Under the pieces are notes generated by a model. It worked only from the letters and a program-made list of their open reading frames with translations, made no database searches and was not told the DNA's origin. Of a DNA stretch of 64,000 nucleotides, positions 10,937-19,652 are shown piece by piece (the stretch's first letter is position 1; each line of letters begins with the position of its first letter). A program made the translations under genes and the position numbers. The DNA is from a virus: positions 1 through 64,000 of IMG/VR virus record IMGVR_UViG_3300032116_000057; one strand, given 5' to 3'.

Positions 10937-12013
10937 TTAGTTGGTTTCTGCCAAGACTACAGACTGGTCAGTAATAAGACCAAGACCGTAGATAGCATAC
11001 CAAGCAAGAGCGTGCTCACGGCCGAAGTCAAGAATACCGCCATCGCGGAGTTCGACTGGAAGTGAGATCGCGTGACCAAATGCATTGTCACCGATGAAGA
11101 TAGCTGTATAGCGATCCTTGTTACCGTTACCAGTCTTTGTTACTGGAGATGTATAACCTCCACCAGTTGGGTAAACAATTGAGCCTGCAGCTACTGCAGT
11201 GTCGGTAGTGTAACCAGCACCAGCACCATTTGTGACCTTCTCAATCTGAGTGGTCTCAATGAATACTGTGTCATATAGACGGCCGATTTCACCGAGCATG
11301 AAGTTACCAGGAGCAGCGTACTTAGTTACCTCAATGAACTCTGGGAGGTCACGAAGCTTACGGCTCTGGTGTGGGTGAACGAATGCCACGTAGGTCTCGC
11401 CAAGCCGTGGAATGTTCTTGGTTGATAGTGTCTCGACAGCGTCCTTAACAACAGCGGTTGTAAGGTTGAAGTTACCGGTAAGAGAAGCACGTGAAGTACC
11501 TACTGTACCGTTTGTATACCAGTCGTTAACAGCAACGTTAGCAGAACGATCATAACCGTAAATAACGGAAGACGCTGCCATGAGGGTGTCACGAGCCTGG
11601 CCATCGAGATAAAGGGCCATGTTACGGCCAAGAAGACGTGAAGCAGAAGCCATCACGTCATCGAATGATGCATTGAGTAGAAGTTCAGAAACAGCAATTG
11701 CATAGCCATGCTCTGCGACTGTGATTGAGAACTGCTGTGCTGTCAATGCATTGGTCTGCATACGAACACCTTCAACAAGTGCTCCTGCAAAACCAAGGTT
11801 GTTATAACGCATAAAGTTGATCTGGAGACCAGGTGCAACGCCAAGCTCTGTCTTCTTAACAGCGAACTGTTCGAAGCGGAGGATTGGCATCGACTGGAAA
11901 AGAATTTCCTTAGACCAGATCGTCTGGATTGCTTGCGTTAGCTGGCTGTTAGAGCCAGAGTACGCTGTAGGTGCGGCAGCTAAATTGCCGGTACCTGTTA
12001 CGGCTGATGCCAT
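10937..12013 (-). CDS. Major capsid protein (N4-gp56 family, HK97 fold)
   Basis: PILRFEQFA..G..INFMRY, EHG.A..VSE, YVAFVHPHQ..LR, GEIGRL...FIET, DFGR....AWY motifs. Confidence 0.92.
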   Translation of the reverse strand: MASAVTGTGNLAAAPTAYSGSNSQLTQAIQTIWSKEILFQSMPILRFEQFAVKKTELGVAPGLQINFMRYNNLGFAGALVEGVRMQTNALTAQQFSITVAEHGYAIAVSELLLNASFDDVMASASRLLGRNMALYLDGQARDTLMAASSVIYGYDRSANVAVNDWYTNGTVGTSRASLTGNFNLTTAVVKDAVETLSTKNIPRLGETYVAFVHPHQSRKLRDLPEFIEVTKYAAPGNFMLGEIGRLYDTVFIETTQIEKVTNGAGAGYTTDTAVAAGSIVYPTGGGYTSPVTKTGNGNKDRYTAIFIGDNAFGHAISLPVELRDGGILDFGREHALAWYAIYGLGLITDQSVVLAETN

Positions 12014-12056
12014 AGTCGGTTTTCTCCTTAGTTATTAAGTTGTTATTGGGGATTTA

Positions 12057-12830
12057 CTATCCGAAGATTCCCTTATTTCGATCGTTAGCTGCTTTTCCAA
12101 GAAGCTTAGATCTGTGTTTTGCGTATTCGGTAACCGACATGGCAGAGATTTGTTCTGCCGTTAACTGATTTTGCTCCAAATTAGTGTCCATCGGTCCGGT
12201 AGGCGGCGCGGTTACCCGGCTGCCAGTCATTTCTTTGCGTGCAGTCTGCATAGCAGATTGCGCCGATTCCAGAATCCGTGAAGATCTTTCACGCAACCCT
12301 GTAATACTATTTTCAATCTCATCAGGAGTATTTCCTGAGATTAGGTCTACGAGCTCTGGGATGATGTTGTCCCGCTCTTCTTCGAGGCGGCGATTGCGAT
12401 ACTCAGTGAGTTCTGCATACTGACGCTCTCGTTGGAGTAGTGCAAATGTGCGTTCACGCTCTAGTTTTTCTTCTTCGAGCTTTTGCGCCCACTCTTTTTC
12501 CTTAGCTTCAAGAAGTTGGCGTACATCCATTTCTGACTCAGCTTTGCGCTTTGCTTCAGCCTCTGCTTCAGCCTTTGCACGTTCTGCTTCTGCCAATCGC
12601 TCTTCTCGTTCCTTCTTAAGCAAGGTGAGCTCTTCTTTAAGCGAATCAATTTGAGGGTAAAGCTTGGATTTCTCCTGCTCACGAACCTTCTTCAAATCTA
12701 CTTCGGTATATGTTTTTTCCGTAACTTGATCAATTACGGGTTCTGCTTTACTTTCCGTTGCTGCTGGAACGTCAGCCAAGAATGCTTCTTGAACTGCCGG
12801 GGCATCAACGATATTCGTTGTTTCTGCCAT
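12057..12830 (-). CDS. Capsid scaffolding protein
   Basis: E/K/R-rich coiled coil between portal and capsid; C-terminal MSVTEYAKHRSKL. Confidence 0.8.
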   Translation of the reverse strand: MAETTNIVDAPAVQEAFLADVPAATESKAEPVIDQVTEKTYTEVDLKKVREQEKSKLYPQIDSLKEELTLLKKEREERLAEAERAKAEAEAEAKRKAESEMDVRQLLEAKEKEWAQKLEEEKLERERTFALLQRERQYAELTEYRNRRLEEERDNIIPELVDLISGNTPDEIENSITGLRERSSRILESAQSAMQTARKEMTGSRVTAPPTGPMDTNLEQNQLTAEQISAMSVTEYAKHRSKLLGKAANDRNKGIFG

Positions 12831-12939
12831 GATTGTCCCTTAGGTTTTGGAGGTCGTTGTCCGATTTAGTGCCACGATGACCTGCGGATTTATTGGTGGT
12901 AGTAGGCTGGCAAATTTTTTATAGTTTGTCTGCCTAAAG

Positions 12940-14646
12940 CTACTCTGGCTTATCTGAATCAGGTGTACGACGCTGCGGCATCTTAGTGCCATAAGCTTCG
13001 GTTACTAATTCAGCTTGAACCTGAGCAAGCTCTTCTAACACAGCGCCTTCCATAGGGCTTATGACCCCCGGTTGACCGAATGGACCAGGTCCAACTCCGT
13101 CTCCTGGAGTAGCTCCTGGAGGAGCCTCCCCCCCTGGAAGTATGCCGGTTAATGAGGCAATTGAAGCTGCAATCTGGTTCTTCACCAATTGGATAGCTCC
13201 ATCTGCCTTTGCATCCGAAATAAGTTCGGATCTAATTTCTTCTAGCTTTTCGTCTGGGAATTCCTCACCAAGTTGACGCAAAGCACCTTCTCGACTTTCA
13301 AGTCCCATCTGCATCTTTTGTGCAATTTCACTCAAAACAATGAGCTTATCTAAAGGCAATGGTTGTGGGAAATGAACGGTTGATTCAAAAGTTACTGGGC
13401 TATTAAGATCTAATACAGGAAGTTGATAGTTTTTGATAGGTCCGTTTACTACAGGGTTGTACACAAATACTTCAGGTTCTTTAAACGCTAAAGTTTTAAG
13501 AACTAGGCTATTGATTTTTTGCAGACCCTCGCCGTATTGAATTAGCTTCTGGTGATAGCGATTCATCAATGGCTGGTATTGAATTGCAAGCGCAACACCA
13601 GAAGTATTAGAAATCGGCTGAACTTGACCAAGAGCTGTTTCTGGGACACCGACCATTTCATGCATAGCTCTTTTAACGGTCTCTAGATACTGTAATCCTC
13701 CCGCTAAGCCCTGTCCGCCACCTTCTAGATTAAATACCTGTGCATCCTTAGGAAGGCCGCCCCAAACCTTCTTAGGGCCCTTTTCTAAGGCGGAGGCTTT
13801 AGCACCAGTAATAACCGTAACTGGCGCAGCGTGGTAGTTAATGATATCCGCAATATCTGTAGCTACTTCATTGTAGTTTCTATTTAAAACGATAATATCG
13901 TGGCAATCTGCCAATCCCCAAGGGGATCCAGAAATACGTACGTTTGGAATATGTACGATAGGCACTACGCCAATAGGATTAGGACGAGAATCAATCATCT
14001 CATCGTTGATATATTCTTCAATACGATCGTCTGTAAGAATTTCTGTGTAGGTATATACCTGACGTGTTCCCTCTGCTGAAGTTCCCCAAAAACGATACTT
14101 CAATTTAAAACGAATAAGGCGGGAACGGTCGTGTGGGTGAAATTCTGGAAAACAAAATGATGAGTTTAAAGGAAGGATACGAACCTTGCCTGGATTAGGA
14201 CGACCAACAGGATCTACATATGCTTCTTCATATGCTACCTTAACAAAGCAATCCCCAGAAACTCCGCCTTGTTGTCCCATTTCCCAAAGGATAGAAGCCT
14301 TGTCATTATCTACTTCCCATACACGTTTTAATACGTCGGGGATAATTGCCTCAGTAGATGCTGGGCTTCTAAATTGCACGCCTCTGCCAAAAGTAAAATT
14401 AATAATGTAATCTGTAAATGCTCGGTAATAGTTATACACCATCTGAGCTTCGCCAATCTCACGACGATATGACCAGTGATGACCTAAATACATTGCCCAA
14501 TTAAGAGAGTAGCGATTTAGACGTGGGCCGTGAACTTCAAATTCTTCGTCTGCTAACTCCACTAATCCAAGTGGAGAAATAGAGATTGTTAAGTCAGAGG
14601 ATGCTGCTCTATAACTCGGGGGTGAAAAATCTATTCCGCCAGCCAT
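12940..14646 (-). CDS. Portal protein (SPP1 gp6-like)
   Basis: NYYRAFTD, GD.FVKV, NPIGVVPIVHIPN, SGVAL motifs. Confidence 0.88.
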   Translation of the reverse strand: MAGGIDFSPPSYRAASSDLTISISPLGLVELADEEFEVHGPRLNRYSLNWAMYLGHHWSYRREIGEAQMVYNYYRAFTDYIINFTFGRGVQFRSPASTEAIIPDVLKRVWEVDNDKASILWEMGQQGGVSGDCFVKVAYEEAYVDPVGRPNPGKVRILPLNSSFCFPEFHPHDRSRLIRFKLKYRFWGTSAEGTRQVYTYTEILTDDRIEEYINDEMIDSRPNPIGVVPIVHIPNVRISGSPWGLADCHDIIVLNRNYNEVATDIADIINYHAAPVTVITGAKASALEKGPKKVWGGLPKDAQVFNLEGGGQGLAGGLQYLETVKRAMHEMVGVPETALGQVQPISNTSGVALAIQYQPLMNRYHQKLIQYGEGLQKINSLVLKTLAFKEPEVFVYNPVVNGPIKNYQLPVLDLNSPVTFESTVHFPQPLPLDKLIVLSEIAQKMQMGLESREGALRQLGEEFPDEKLEEIRSELISDAKADGAIQLVKNQIAASIASLTGILPGGEAPPGATPGDGVGPGPFGQPGVISPMEGAVLEELAQVQAELVTEAYGTKMPQRRTPDSDKPE

Positions 14647-14731
14647 TACCTCATCCTTATTTATTAAATATTAGTAGGGCCCCAGCCCCGGAGAAGGGAA
14701 TACGAGGCTGGGGTACCCGTAGTCTACTGTA

Positions 14732-15139
14732 TTAGTCAGCTACCTGTGCAGGGTTTACACGCTGATAGCGAGCACCTGAACGAATAGCTTCTTCAATTTC
14801 GACCTGAGAATGATCTCCATAGCCGCCTTGTGAAAATTCAGCGACATATACTGGAGCTTCTACCCATGCGGCTGAGCCGACGTGAGCACGTTGCTTCATT
14901 GTCTCCTCAGGATATTTTTCCATAACGTTCATGTTGTGGTTAGGACGTCCGGCTGGTACGTCGTAGCCTTGATCCAATCCTACTTGAAAGTCATTTGGGA
15001 TATCCGTGTCTGTTGCAACACCTTCTTCAAAGCGTAGCGGACCACGCATTCCTGGAGTTGCAGGAGACATTTTGCGCTCATAATTTGCGCCAACCTTCTC
15101 AGGGAACTGAGGGGCTGGTGCGATGTTATTCACTGCCAT
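14732..15139 (-). CDS. Hypothetical virion protein
   Basis: Strong SD; between terminase and portal. Confidence 0.6.
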   Translation of the reverse strand: MAVNNIAPAPQFPEKVGANYERKMSPATPGMRGPLRFEEGVATDTDIPNDFQVGLDQGYDVPAGRPNHNMNVMEKYPEETMKQRAHVGSAAWVEAPVYVAEFSQGGYGDHSQVEIEEAIRSGARYQRVNPAQVAD

Positions 15140-15221
15140 ATTATTTCTCCTATAGGGTTTTGAGTTGAGGTTCCTCAGGTAAAAGTATCGACCTATTTAG
15201 GTCATTTAGGTATCTAAACCT

Positions 15222-16808
15222 TTAAAAAAACGGCGAAGAGCTAACCTCTACCGTAGGCATAACCATATCCTGTGTTAAAGAGCATGCAAGGGCTAAAGAA
15301 TCCACAAAATCATCGTGGGCATGGGCCTCATCAGGAGCTGCCACCGTGAAATTAGCCCCCTTATATTTCACCTCAGCGTCCGACATTTGCTGGTAAAACT
15401 TCTTCCATATTCTCAACCGTCGTGTTTTTGCATGGGACGGCCAAGAAACCATTTGACGTTGAATTAAAGCCTGTAGGTGCTTCCAGCGCCTAGACTGCTC
15501 GGTAGCGCTAGAAGAAATAGATATAACCTCAGCCCTAGGCATCAAGATCTTCATACGCTGTGCAACTGCATCTCCAACACCGTTGGCATCTACGCCAATA
15601 GCCAATACATCGTAATTTTCTAAAAAGTTTACTATCTGAAAATACTGTTCTTCCCAGTCGTCACCCTGTAGCTCTAACCAATTAAGAACACGATGATCAT
15701 AATAACCAAATTCATCAGGCCTATCCCAATCGACCCAGACAACAGTAACAACTGTAGAGTCCATCTTTCTTGCGGGGTCGATTCCGACCACCACCGGTGA
15801 ACGATGCCAGCTTTTAACCAATTCTTGGGACGTGTCACCAAGGTTGTCCATAATAGACGAGGTAACAAACATGCCCCTTTCCAAAAGCCATTTGCAATTG
15901 TACGATAGCTGGAACTCATCTGAGTCCTCCCCGATTCTTAGTATCTCTTTCTTAATGAACTTTTCATAGTTGGCGTTGAACTTTGCTACGTCTTTCCAAT
16001 CCCATTGAAAATGGTTTTGCTTAGCAGATCGGCTAGTTTGACGACGTTTGTTTAGCTGAATAGCTTTATAAAAGTTATTTTTACTAGTTGTTGGTGTTCC
16101 AGTCTTAACTAAAGTAGCGTTGTAGTATGCACCCATAGGTGCAATAGACTTAGATACTACAAAGTCATCTGCGTCTTGGCACTCATCAATAATAATTAGA
16201 TGAAAAGATTTAGATTCAATCTTTGCACGAGGGTTTGCTGTCATCATCATTAGGGTGGAGCCAGAATTCTTTAACTTTATGTTTTTAACAATACCTGGAG
16301 TCTTTGTAGGTATGTCATCAATTTCTGGGTCCCCCAAAACTTCTAGTGCACGTGGACTAGTCAATCTAGAAACAGTGCGGCCATAAAGGGTTTCAACCTG
16401 GGATTGAATGGGAGCAAACATACCTACCCAGATTCCATCACCAAACTTACCAAGTAGATCTGGGTACATCTTTGCAAGTCTAGGAAGAATAACCATCAAG
16501 GTTGCAACCGTATTTGCAATTGTTTCTGATTTACCTGACTGACGAGCTGCTAAGGCAGTAACTTCTTCACCATCGTTTATGATTACAGATTCGATTACCC
16601 TGCGAGCTAGTGGCATTTGGTATGGGTGTAAAGTATGTCCCACCAACATTTCCATAAATTGGATTATTTTTTCTATTAGGGCGTTTACAAACTCCCTAGA
16701 CAACTCATCTAGTTCTTCCTCTTCTTCAGGAAGATCGCCGCCATCTTCTTCGTCTTCAAACTCTTCTTCAAGCTCCTCAAAACGCTCATCATCTTCAAAA
16801 TTTTGCAT
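15222..16808 (-). CDS. terL: Terminase large subunit
   Basis: ARQSGKS Walker A, LIIIDE Walker B, GTP coupling motif, VGIDPA and HDDFVDS nuclease motifs. Confidence 0.95.
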   Translation of the reverse strand: MQNFEDDERFEELEEEFEDEEDGGDLPEEEEELDELSREFVNALIEKIIQFMEMLVGHTLHPYQMPLARRVIESVIINDGEEVTALAARQSGKSETIANTVATLMVILPRLAKMYPDLLGKFGDGIWVGMFAPIQSQVETLYGRTVSRLTSPRALEVLGDPEIDDIPTKTPGIVKNIKLKNSGSTLMMMTANPRAKIESKSFHLIIIDECQDADDFVVSKSIAPMGAYYNATLVKTGTPTTSKNNFYKAIQLNKRRQTSRSAKQNHFQWDWKDVAKFNANYEKFIKKEILRIGEDSDEFQLSYNCKWLLERGMFVTSSIMDNLGDTSQELVKSWHRSPVVVGIDPARKMDSTVVTVVWVDWDRPDEFGYYDHRVLNWLELQGDDWEEQYFQIVNFLENYDVLAIGVDANGVGDAVAQRMKILMPRAEVISISSSATEQSRRWKHLQALIQRQMVSWPSHAKTRRLRIWKKFYQQMSDAEVKYKGANFTVAAPDEAHAHDDFVDSLALACSLTQDMVMPTVEVSSSPFF

Positions 16809-17043
16809 TTTGTCTCTTTGCTATTGTTTCTACTATTGTGTACACCACTTCAGCGTTCATTCTGGCTTCTTCTAAATAAACTTCTTCATTAGATTTTTGC
16901 CAAGATGATAAGTTTCTTCCAATTGGGTATAGAGCTTGTTCTGCCCATTGTAGAAGTTCAGATGTAGGTAAAGAGTCGACTCTTTTCTCTACTCTAGTCT
17001 TCTGACGTTCCTGTTTGATCTTTTTGCCCCCCAAACCGAACAT
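16795..17043 (-). CDS. Hypothetical protein
   Basis: Overlapping operon ORF upstream of terL. Confidence 0.55.
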   Translation of the reverse strand: MFGLGGKKIKQERQKTRVEKRVDSLPTSELLQWAEQALYPIGRNLSSWQKSNEEVYLEEARMNAEVVYTIVETIAKRQNAKF

Positions 17044-17302
17044 AATCCCAATCCACCTCGTCTTCCATCATCATTCTGCCACGTATGGCATTAGTTAGTG
17101 CTTGACTTTCACTAAAACGTGATCGCCACTTTCCAACCACTAAAGCAACTCTAGTAAGCGGTAATCTTACCGCATATCCCTTTCCAAAGCGATACGGCTC
17201 TTCAATCTCCTGTGTTTCTGCAGGTTCCCACAATACTGGCGGCTTTATAGGATAGATAAGCGGGTGCCAGTATACAGATTTGATACTACGCGGTTTCGCC
17301 AT
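16994..17302 (-). CDS. Hypothetical protein
   Basis: Operon ORF, start MAKPRSIK. Confidence 0.55.
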   Translation of the reverse strand: MAKPRSIKSVYWHPLIYPIKPPVLWEPAETQEIEEPYRFGKGYAVRLPLTRVALVVGKWRSRFSESQALTNAIRGRMMMEDEVDWDYVRFGGQKDQTGTSED

Positions 17303-17561
17303 TATCAACCTGGCAGATGTGCTCATGAGTCTCCCGTTCGGTCATTACTTCCTGACAATCTCTGCATTTAAAATATTTTAACGGAGTAAAATTATTTTGA
17401 ACGGTTCCGCCTACAGCTGTTTCGCTTCCACCATCATAGGGCTCATAATCTACTACAACTTCAGGTCTTTGAAATAGTTCCTGAGGAAAAGGTCCTTTAG
17501 CATAAGAAGCTGCTTCAGGAACCGGATGTCCCTGTTTTGTAGCAATACGTTCAATTCTCAT
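17286..17561 (-). CDS. Hypothetical Zn-finger protein
   Basis: C-terminal CxxC..HxC. Confidence 0.55.
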   Translation of the reverse strand: MRIERIATKQGHPVPEAASYAKGPFPQELFQRPEVVVDYEPYDGGSETAVGGTVQNNFTPLKYFKCRDCQEVMTERETHEHICQVDNGETA

Positions 17562-17600
17562 TAATCATAGTCCATTTTCTATAACGATTCGATAAATAAT

Positions 17601-17648
17601 ATTATATCGGGTTGCAGTTGACAGTACGTGTGTATTTACTGGTATGGT
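17601..17648. promoter_or_regulatory. Divergent sigma70-type promoters
   Basis: Plus: TTGACA 17618-23 and TGG-TATGGT extended -10 17640-48 (19-nt spacer); minus: TATAAT 17601-06. Confidence 0.5.
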
Positions 17649-17655
17649 AGTCCCT

Positions 17656-17790
17656 ATGGCCAGAGAAATCTGGCCATCAGCACCTCCGTAACAAAAGGGT
17701 TGCAGACCGAACTTGGCAGAAAGAGGCCAAGTTGCTTAGTATAGGTGACAGGTATACGAAGTTAGGACTGGCTCTCTAGCCTAGGAGAAC
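17656..17790 (+). ncRNA. Structured 5' leader of lytic transglycosylase gene
   Basis: Hairpins atggccaga-GAAA-tctggccat, aacttggc/gccaagtt, and one abutting the AGGAG SD. Confidence 0.45.
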
Positions 17791-17792
17791 GA

Positions 17793-18326
17793 GTGCAGAA
17801 ACATGAAAAACACCGCTATATAGCACCTTGGATAGCAGCATTGCTGCTAGCAGGTATACCTGCAGCATTAGCAAACCAAACAGATGGGGCTACAGTGACA
17901 GTAGCTACTACTGTAGATCCACTAGATAAATACAGAAACGCTAAAGAGCTCTCAGACAAAGAGCTTGTTGAGGTATTGTCTTTAGTTGGGTTTGAGGGAA
18001 AAGCTCTTAAGATAGCTTGGGCCGTAGCTAAAAAAGAGTCTAATGGACGACCAAAGGCGCACAATGACAATATCTCTACGGGAGACGATTCTTATGGGAT
18101 ATTCCAGATTAATATGCTTGGTTCTTTGGGAGAAGACCGCAGAAAAAAATTCGGCATAAAAAAGAATACTGAGCTATTCGATCCAGTAGAAAACGCTAAA
18201 GCAGCCTTCTATATGACGGCTAAAGGCACTAACTGGGGTTCTTGGGGATATGGTCCCAACGCCTATGATGGCAGTTCTTCAGAACCTAAAATTGAACAAT
18301 GGCTGGATAAATTCCCGCAACAATAG
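17793..18326 (+). CDS. Secreted lysozyme-like / lytic transglycosylase (SLT-like)
   Basis: Signal peptide; AVAKKES (catalytic Glu), SYGIFQINM, LFDPVENAKAA motifs. Confidence 0.85.
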   Translation: MQKHEKHRYIAPWIAALLLAGIPAALANQTDGATVTVATTVDPLDKYRNAKELSDKELVEVLSLVGFEGKALKIAWAVAKKESNGRPKAHNDNISTGDDSYGIFQINMLGSLGEDRRKKFGIKKNTELFDPVENAKAAFYMTAKGTNWGSWGYGPNAYDGSSSEPKIEQWLDKFPQQ

Positions 18327-18328
18327 AA

Positions 18329-18356
18329 AAGGGCCCGGGTTACCGGGCCTTTTTTC
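18329..18356 (+). terminator. Intrinsic terminator
   Basis: gggcccgg-gtta-ccgggcct followed by T run. Confidence 0.7.
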
Positions 18357-18639
18357 TTGCTCTACGTTTATTCTCTTTAGCAGTATTCTTGCCGTGTCTT
18401 AACGGCCTTAAATTTCCATCACGATCATCATCGTGGTTATTATTCTTGTGATCTACGTCAGTATCTCTAGAAAGTTTGCCGTGTTTCTTTTGGTACTTGT
18501 AGCGAGCAGCATTGTGGGAAGTAGTACGCCAATGACCTTTTGAATCTTTGTAGTGCTCTACGATAATCTTGCGACCACCGTTTTGTTTAGAGCCTTCGTA
18601 CTCTTTACCCTTAGCTACGACTTTTTTCTTAGTGGCCAT
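18340..18639 (-). CDS. HNH endonuclease-like protein
   Basis: DVDHKNNNHDDDRDGNL..L.HGKN HNH motif. Confidence 0.7.
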   Translation of the reverse strand: MATKKKVVAKGKEYEGSKQNGGRKIIVEHYKDSKGHWRTTSHNAARYKYQKKHGKLSRDTDVDHKNNNHDDDRDGNLRPLRHGKNTAKENKRRARKKAR

Positions 18640-18769
18640 GTTTTTTCTCTCTAGGGTATTTTTCAAGCTTAGCGGCTATAGTGCCGTTTTTACGTAAGCG
18701 CACAACCCAGCCATCTTTAATTTGAGTTTTATTAAATGGATGCTTAGTTTTGTACTTGCCAGAACTCAT
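18629..18769 (-). CDS. Small basic hypothetical protein
   Basis: Manual ORF MSSGKYKTKHPFNKTQIKDGWVVRLRKNG.., overlapping both neighbours. Confidence 0.55.
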   Translation of the reverse strand: MSSGKYKTKHPFNKTQIKDGWVVRLRKNGTIAAKLEKYPREKKHGH

Positions 18770-18918
18770 ATTGACCACCATCCTTGTAATTCCGCTTTAC
18801 CGCTTGCAATCCAATCTCTGTGAAGTTGATGCTGGTATTCCCAGTTTGTGCGATGAGTGTCTTTTCCGCACTTTGGGCAAATATCTGCACCCATATCTTT
18901 ATAGACGTGCTCGCACAT
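18766..18918 (-). CDS. Small Zn-ribbon hypothetical protein
   Basis: Manual ORF MCEHVYK..ICPKCG.., TAATG coupling to upstream gene. Confidence 0.55.
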   Translation of the reverse strand: MCEHVYKDMGADICPKCGKDTHRTNWEYQHQLHRDWIASGKAELQGWWSI

Positions 18919-19178
18919 TAGCAATCCCATTTACGTAAGGCCAATGCCTTACGAGTTGGTCGTCCTTTAGCATCTTTCATAGGACCAGGCATACCACCCA
19001 TACGAGCACAGAAAGATTTGCGGCGTGCCGCTGCTTTTTTAGACTTTTTTGCTTGCTTAGCTGATACCGGTGGTTTTAAATTATGTCCTTGTGCTTTAGC
19101 AGAAGCACGACCTTTAGCATTTAGGCCTCCTTCTGGGTTCTGACCTTCTTTACGTTGCCAAGCTGCTGTTTTAGCCAT
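18918..19178 (-). CDS. DUF6321-like basic phage protein
   Basis: MAKTAAWQRKEGQNPEGGLNAKGRAS..RRKSFCARM..ALRKWDC. Confidence 0.75.
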   Translation of the reverse strand: MAKTAAWQRKEGQNPEGGLNAKGRASAKAQGHNLKPPVSAKQAKKSKKAAARRKSFCARMGGMPGPMKDAKGRPTRKALALRKWDC

Positions 19179-19473
19179 TGTTTTCTCCACAAGTGCATAG
19201 GAATTTGTCTGACGGGTTTTTTGCGAACCCAACGAGTTTATCGCATGATCCGCAGGTATGTCTGTCTTTTGCTTCCAGATCTCCACGACCTTCAAGCATA
19301 TTTTCAAATCTAGCTACTTCTTTGTAACTTCCAAAAGAAACCCCATGAGTAATAGAGGCGTCTACTACACCTTTATGGTTCCAAGGTCTAGCTTCTTTAG
19401 AAGTTCTATCTACAATTACCTGCCGTAAAGCTCTAGTACCGTAATAAGTAGGTTTTCTTTTTCCACGTGGCAT
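19171..19473 (-). CDS. Hypothetical protein with Zn ribbon
   Basis: CGSC..CTC. Confidence 0.55.
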   Translation of the reverse strand: MPRGKRKPTYYGTRALRQVIVDRTSKEARPWNHKGVVDASITHGVSFGSYKEVARFENMLEGRGDLEAKDRHTCGSCDKLVGFAKNPSDKFLCTCGENNG

Positions 19474-19652
19474 TAATTGCTCGATTCGCCATTCATGCCT
19501 CGGCCTGGAGTACGAACCTCAATATCTTTGTCGTATTTTGGGGTATAAGGAATACCGCTGATGTATTCAGCGGCTTCCCTAGCATTATTCCGTAAAGACT
19601 TAAAAACCGAGGGCTTCGAAGCTTTTTGTTTAAAGCTTGACTTTCTGCTCAT
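19473..19652 (-). CDS. Small basic hypothetical protein
   Basis: Manual ORF MSRKSSFKQKASK.., start/stop overlaps on both sides. Confidence 0.5.
   Translation of the reverse strand: MSRKSSFKQKASKPSVFKSLRNNAREAAEYISGIPYTPKYDKDIEVRTPGRGMNGESSN

Noticed and set aside
12851-12883. Inverted repeat in scaffold gene leader
   Set aside because: Two A-C mismatches on the mRNA strand; too weak to call
17656-17790. Canonical ydaO c-di-AMP riboswitch
   Set aside because: Conserved GCUGAAUC and GGGGUGAAU motifs are absent; kept only as an unknown leader
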